Source: Pristiophorus japonicus (Eukaryota). From it: a DNA stretch of 64,000 nt. Position numbers and translations under genes: made by a program. The stretch lies in NCBI RefSeq assembly GCF_044704955.1, contig NC_091979.1, forward strand, positions 228,656,001-228,720,000, given 5' to 3'. Positions 61,210 to 64,000 of this stretch are shown in pieces (the first letter of the stretch is position 1; each line of letters begins with the position of its first letter). Under the pieces are notes generated by a model. The model did no database searches. It had not been told where the DNA came from and saw only the letters and a program-made list of their open reading frames with translations.

Positions 61210-63561
61210 GGGCCCAAGTTTCCACATGATTTGCGCCTGATTTTTAGGAGCAACTGGTGGAGAACGGACTATCTTAGAAATTGCAATTCTCCACATTTTC
61301 TTTTCTGCAGTTCTAGTCAGTTAGAACAGTTTCACTTTGGAACAGAATTTTTTCTTCAAAAGGGGGCGTGTCCGGCCACTGACACTTGATTTCAAATTTT
61401 CCACAGTGAAAACGTACTCCAAACTAACTTAGAATGGAGCAAGTGAAGATTTTTGTAGAACTGAAAACAATAAAAAATCAGGCGCATGTTAGAAATTAGG
61501 CGTCCAGAACAAGGTGGGGGGGGGAAGGGAAGTCATTAAATTCTATAATAAATCCTTATTTATACTTCTACAAATATTATACAAATAAATCCAACCTGAA
61601 TAAACATTTATAAGCAAAGAAAAGATTAAATAAACCATCTTCCTACCTGTGTGAAAGTGCTTCAGCCAGGGAGAATGCTGCAGGAAGCCTCACAAGTTGA
61701 GGCAGCCGTTCGTTCCCGCGGGGGGGGGGGGAGGAGGAAGCCGTTCGTTCCCGCGGGGGGGGGGGGGGGGGGAGGAGGAAGCCGTTCATTCCCGTGTGGG
61801 GGGGGGGGGAGGAGGCAGCCGTTTGTTCCCGCGGGGGGGGGGGGGAGGAGGAAGCCGTTCGTTCCCGCGGGGGGGGGGGGGAGGAGGAAGCCGTTCGTTC
61901 CCGCGGGGGGGGGGGGGGAGGAGGCAGCCGTTTGTTCCCGCGGGGGGGGGGGGGGGGAGGAGGAAGCCGTTCGTTCCCGTGTGGGGGGGGGGGAGGAGGA
62001 AGCCGTTCGTTCCCGCGGGGGGGGGGGGGGGAGGAGGCAGCCGTTTGTTCCCGCGGGGGGGGGGGGGAGGAGGAAGCCGTTCGTTCCCGCGGGGGGGGGG
62101 GGGAGGAGGAAGCCGTTCGTTCCCGCGGGGGGGGGGGGGGGAGGAGGCAGCCGTTTGTTCCCGCGGGGGGGGGGGAGGAGGAAGCCGTTCGTTCCCGTGT
62201 GGGGGGGGGGAGGAGGCAGCCGTTTGTTCCCGCGGGGGGGGGGGGGGAGGAGGAAGCCGTTCGTTCCTGCGGGGGGGGGGGGAGGAGGAAGCCGTTCGTT
62301 CCCGCGGGGGGGGGGGAGGAGGAAGCCGTTCGTTCCCGCGGGGGGGGGGGAGGAGGCAGCCGTTTGTTCCCGCGGGGGGGGGGGAGGAGGAAGCCGTTCG
62401 TTCCCGCGGGGGGGGGGGGGAGGAGGAAGCCGTTCGTTCCTGCGGGGGGGGGGGGGGAGGAGGAAGCCGTTCGTTCCCGCGGGGGGGGGGGAGGAGGAAG
62501 CCGTTTGTTCCCGCGGGGGGGGGGGGGGGGGAGGAGGAAGCCGTTCGTTCCCGCGGGGGGGGGGGGGGGAGGAAGCCGTTCGTTCCCGTGTGGGGGGGGG
62601 GAGGAGGCAGCCGTTTGTTCCCGCGGGGGGGGGGGGGGAGGAGGCAGCCGTTTGTTCCCGCGGGGGGGGGGGAGGAGGAAGCCGTTCGTTCCCGTGTGGG
62701 GGGGGGGAGGAGGCAGCCGTTTGTTCCCGCGGGGGGGGGGGGGGGAGGAGGAAGCCGTTCGTTCCCGCGGGGGGGGGGGAGGAGGAAGCCGTTCGTTCCC
62801 GCGGGGGGGGGGGAGGAGGCAGCCGTTTGTTCCCGCGGGGGGGGGGGGGGGAGGAAGCCGTTCGTTCCCGCGGGGGGGGGGGGAGGAGGCAGCCGTTTGT
62901 TCCCGCGGGGGGGGGGGAGGAGGAAGCCGTTCGTTCCCGGGGGGGGGGGAGGAGGAAGCCGTTCCCGCGGGGGGGGGGGGGGGGAGGGAGTGCGGGCCCG
63001 ACCGACCGACCGAACGCAGCGGGGGGGAGGAAGCCGTTCCAGACGGTGGGCGGGGGGGGGGAAGGAGACAGTGAGAAGGCTGCAGGAAGCCTCACAAGTT
63101 CAGCAGCCATTCCCCGACAGCAGGGGGGAGGGGAGGCCGTCAGGAAACGACTGCCTCAACTTTCTGAGGCTTCCTGCAGCCTTCTCACTGCTGCAAGAAG
63201 CCTCAGTGCTGATGGCAATGTGCTTTTATTAAAAAATGTTCAAAAATTAAACAGTTACAAAGAACTATAAAAATGGCCGAGTGCCAATGTTTCCTTCACA
63301 CTGCGCGTGCGCGAACGCTCCAATGCACACGCGCAGGGTTGCCGGCAGGAAAAAAACTAATTTAAATGGTACCCGCCCCCTCCCACTTACAAAATCGGCA
63401 CGAGTGGTAGGCTCCGCCCCCCTGGGCACCGCGCCAAGCAGACATGGAGCTGCAGGGCGTTCCAGAATCGCGCGTTTTTTTTCCGCCGCCGTTTTCGGCG
63501 CGAAAAACGGGCGCCCAGCTCAGAGGGGCACCCATTTTTTATTGTGTGGAAACTTGGGGCC
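61210..63561. mobile_element. Non-autonomous TIR element (PIF/Harbinger-like) with an internal minisatellite
   Basis: TIRs GGGCCCAAGTTTCCACA / TGTGGAAACTTGGGGCC; ATT on both flanks; no transposase ORF. Confidence 0.7.
61703..62985 (+). repeat. About 35-bp G-run minisatellite AGGAGGAAGCCGTTCGTTCCCGC(G)n
   Basis: Directly visible. Confidence 0.96.
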
Positions 63562-63579
63562 ATTGTGCCATGCGACATA

Positions 63580-64000
63580 GAATGTAGGTATACTGCAGCC
63601 TGTGACAGACTGTAGGTATACTGCAGCCTGAGACATGGACTGTAGGTATACTGCAGCCTGCGACACAGACTGTAGGTATACTGCAGCCTGCGACACGGAT
63701 TGTAGGTATACTGCAGCCTGCGACACAGACTGTAGGTATACTGCAGCCTGCGACACAGACTGTAGGTATACTGCAGCCTGCGACACAGACTGTAGGTATA
63801 CTGCAGCCTGCGACACAGACTGTAGGTATACTGCAGCCTGCGACACGGACTGTAGGTATACTGCAGCCTGCGACACAGACTGTAGGTATACTGCAGCCTG
63901 TGACATGGACTGTAGGTATACTGCAGCCTGCGACAGACTGTAGGTATACTGCAGCCTGTGACATGGACTGTAGGTATACTGCAGCCTGCGACACAGACTG
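63580..64000 (+). repeat. 30-bp tandem repeat GACTGTAGGTATACTGCAGCCTGCGACACA, running off the window end
   Basis: At least 14 near-perfect copies. Confidence 0.96.

Noticed and set aside
61651-63994. Repetitive ORFs; possible CRISPR-like arrays
   Set aside because: Tandem repeats without unique spacers; eukaryotic context, no cas genes.

Overview
Vertebrate genomic DNA, most likely a cartilaginous fish (inferred from the DeuSINE/CR1/L2/RTE repeat content). It contains the conserved PDCD11-ATP5MK-TAF5 block. PDCD11/RRP5 (- strand): a non-coding exon plus 8 coding exons, continuing off the left edge. ATP5MK/USMG5 (+ strand): complete, 61 aa, sharing a CCAAT-rich bidirectional CpG promoter with PDCD11. 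TAF5 (- strand): complete, 10 coding exons, 2235-nt CDS, 744 aa. A probable fourth gene, not in the ORF track, starts at the right end: TATA box and short non-coding exon near 53.2 kb, and a 49-nt signal-peptide exon at 60470. Introns and intergenic DNA hold CR1, L2 and RTE fragments, SINEs, two Gypsy-type LTR elements, TIR elements and large G-rich minisatellites, plus one 200-N gap. Most notable: (1) a Gypsy element inserted in a U6 snRNA fragment, its GGAAT target-site duplication hidden by a 28-bp micro-inversion; (2) an orphan beta-TrCP exon antisense in an ATP5MK intron; (3) repeated degenerate copies of TAF5 exon ends; (4) a CR1>LTR>CR1 nest. Long low-complexity ORFs are minisatellite artefacts. 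All homology calls are from recalled sequences, not database searches.
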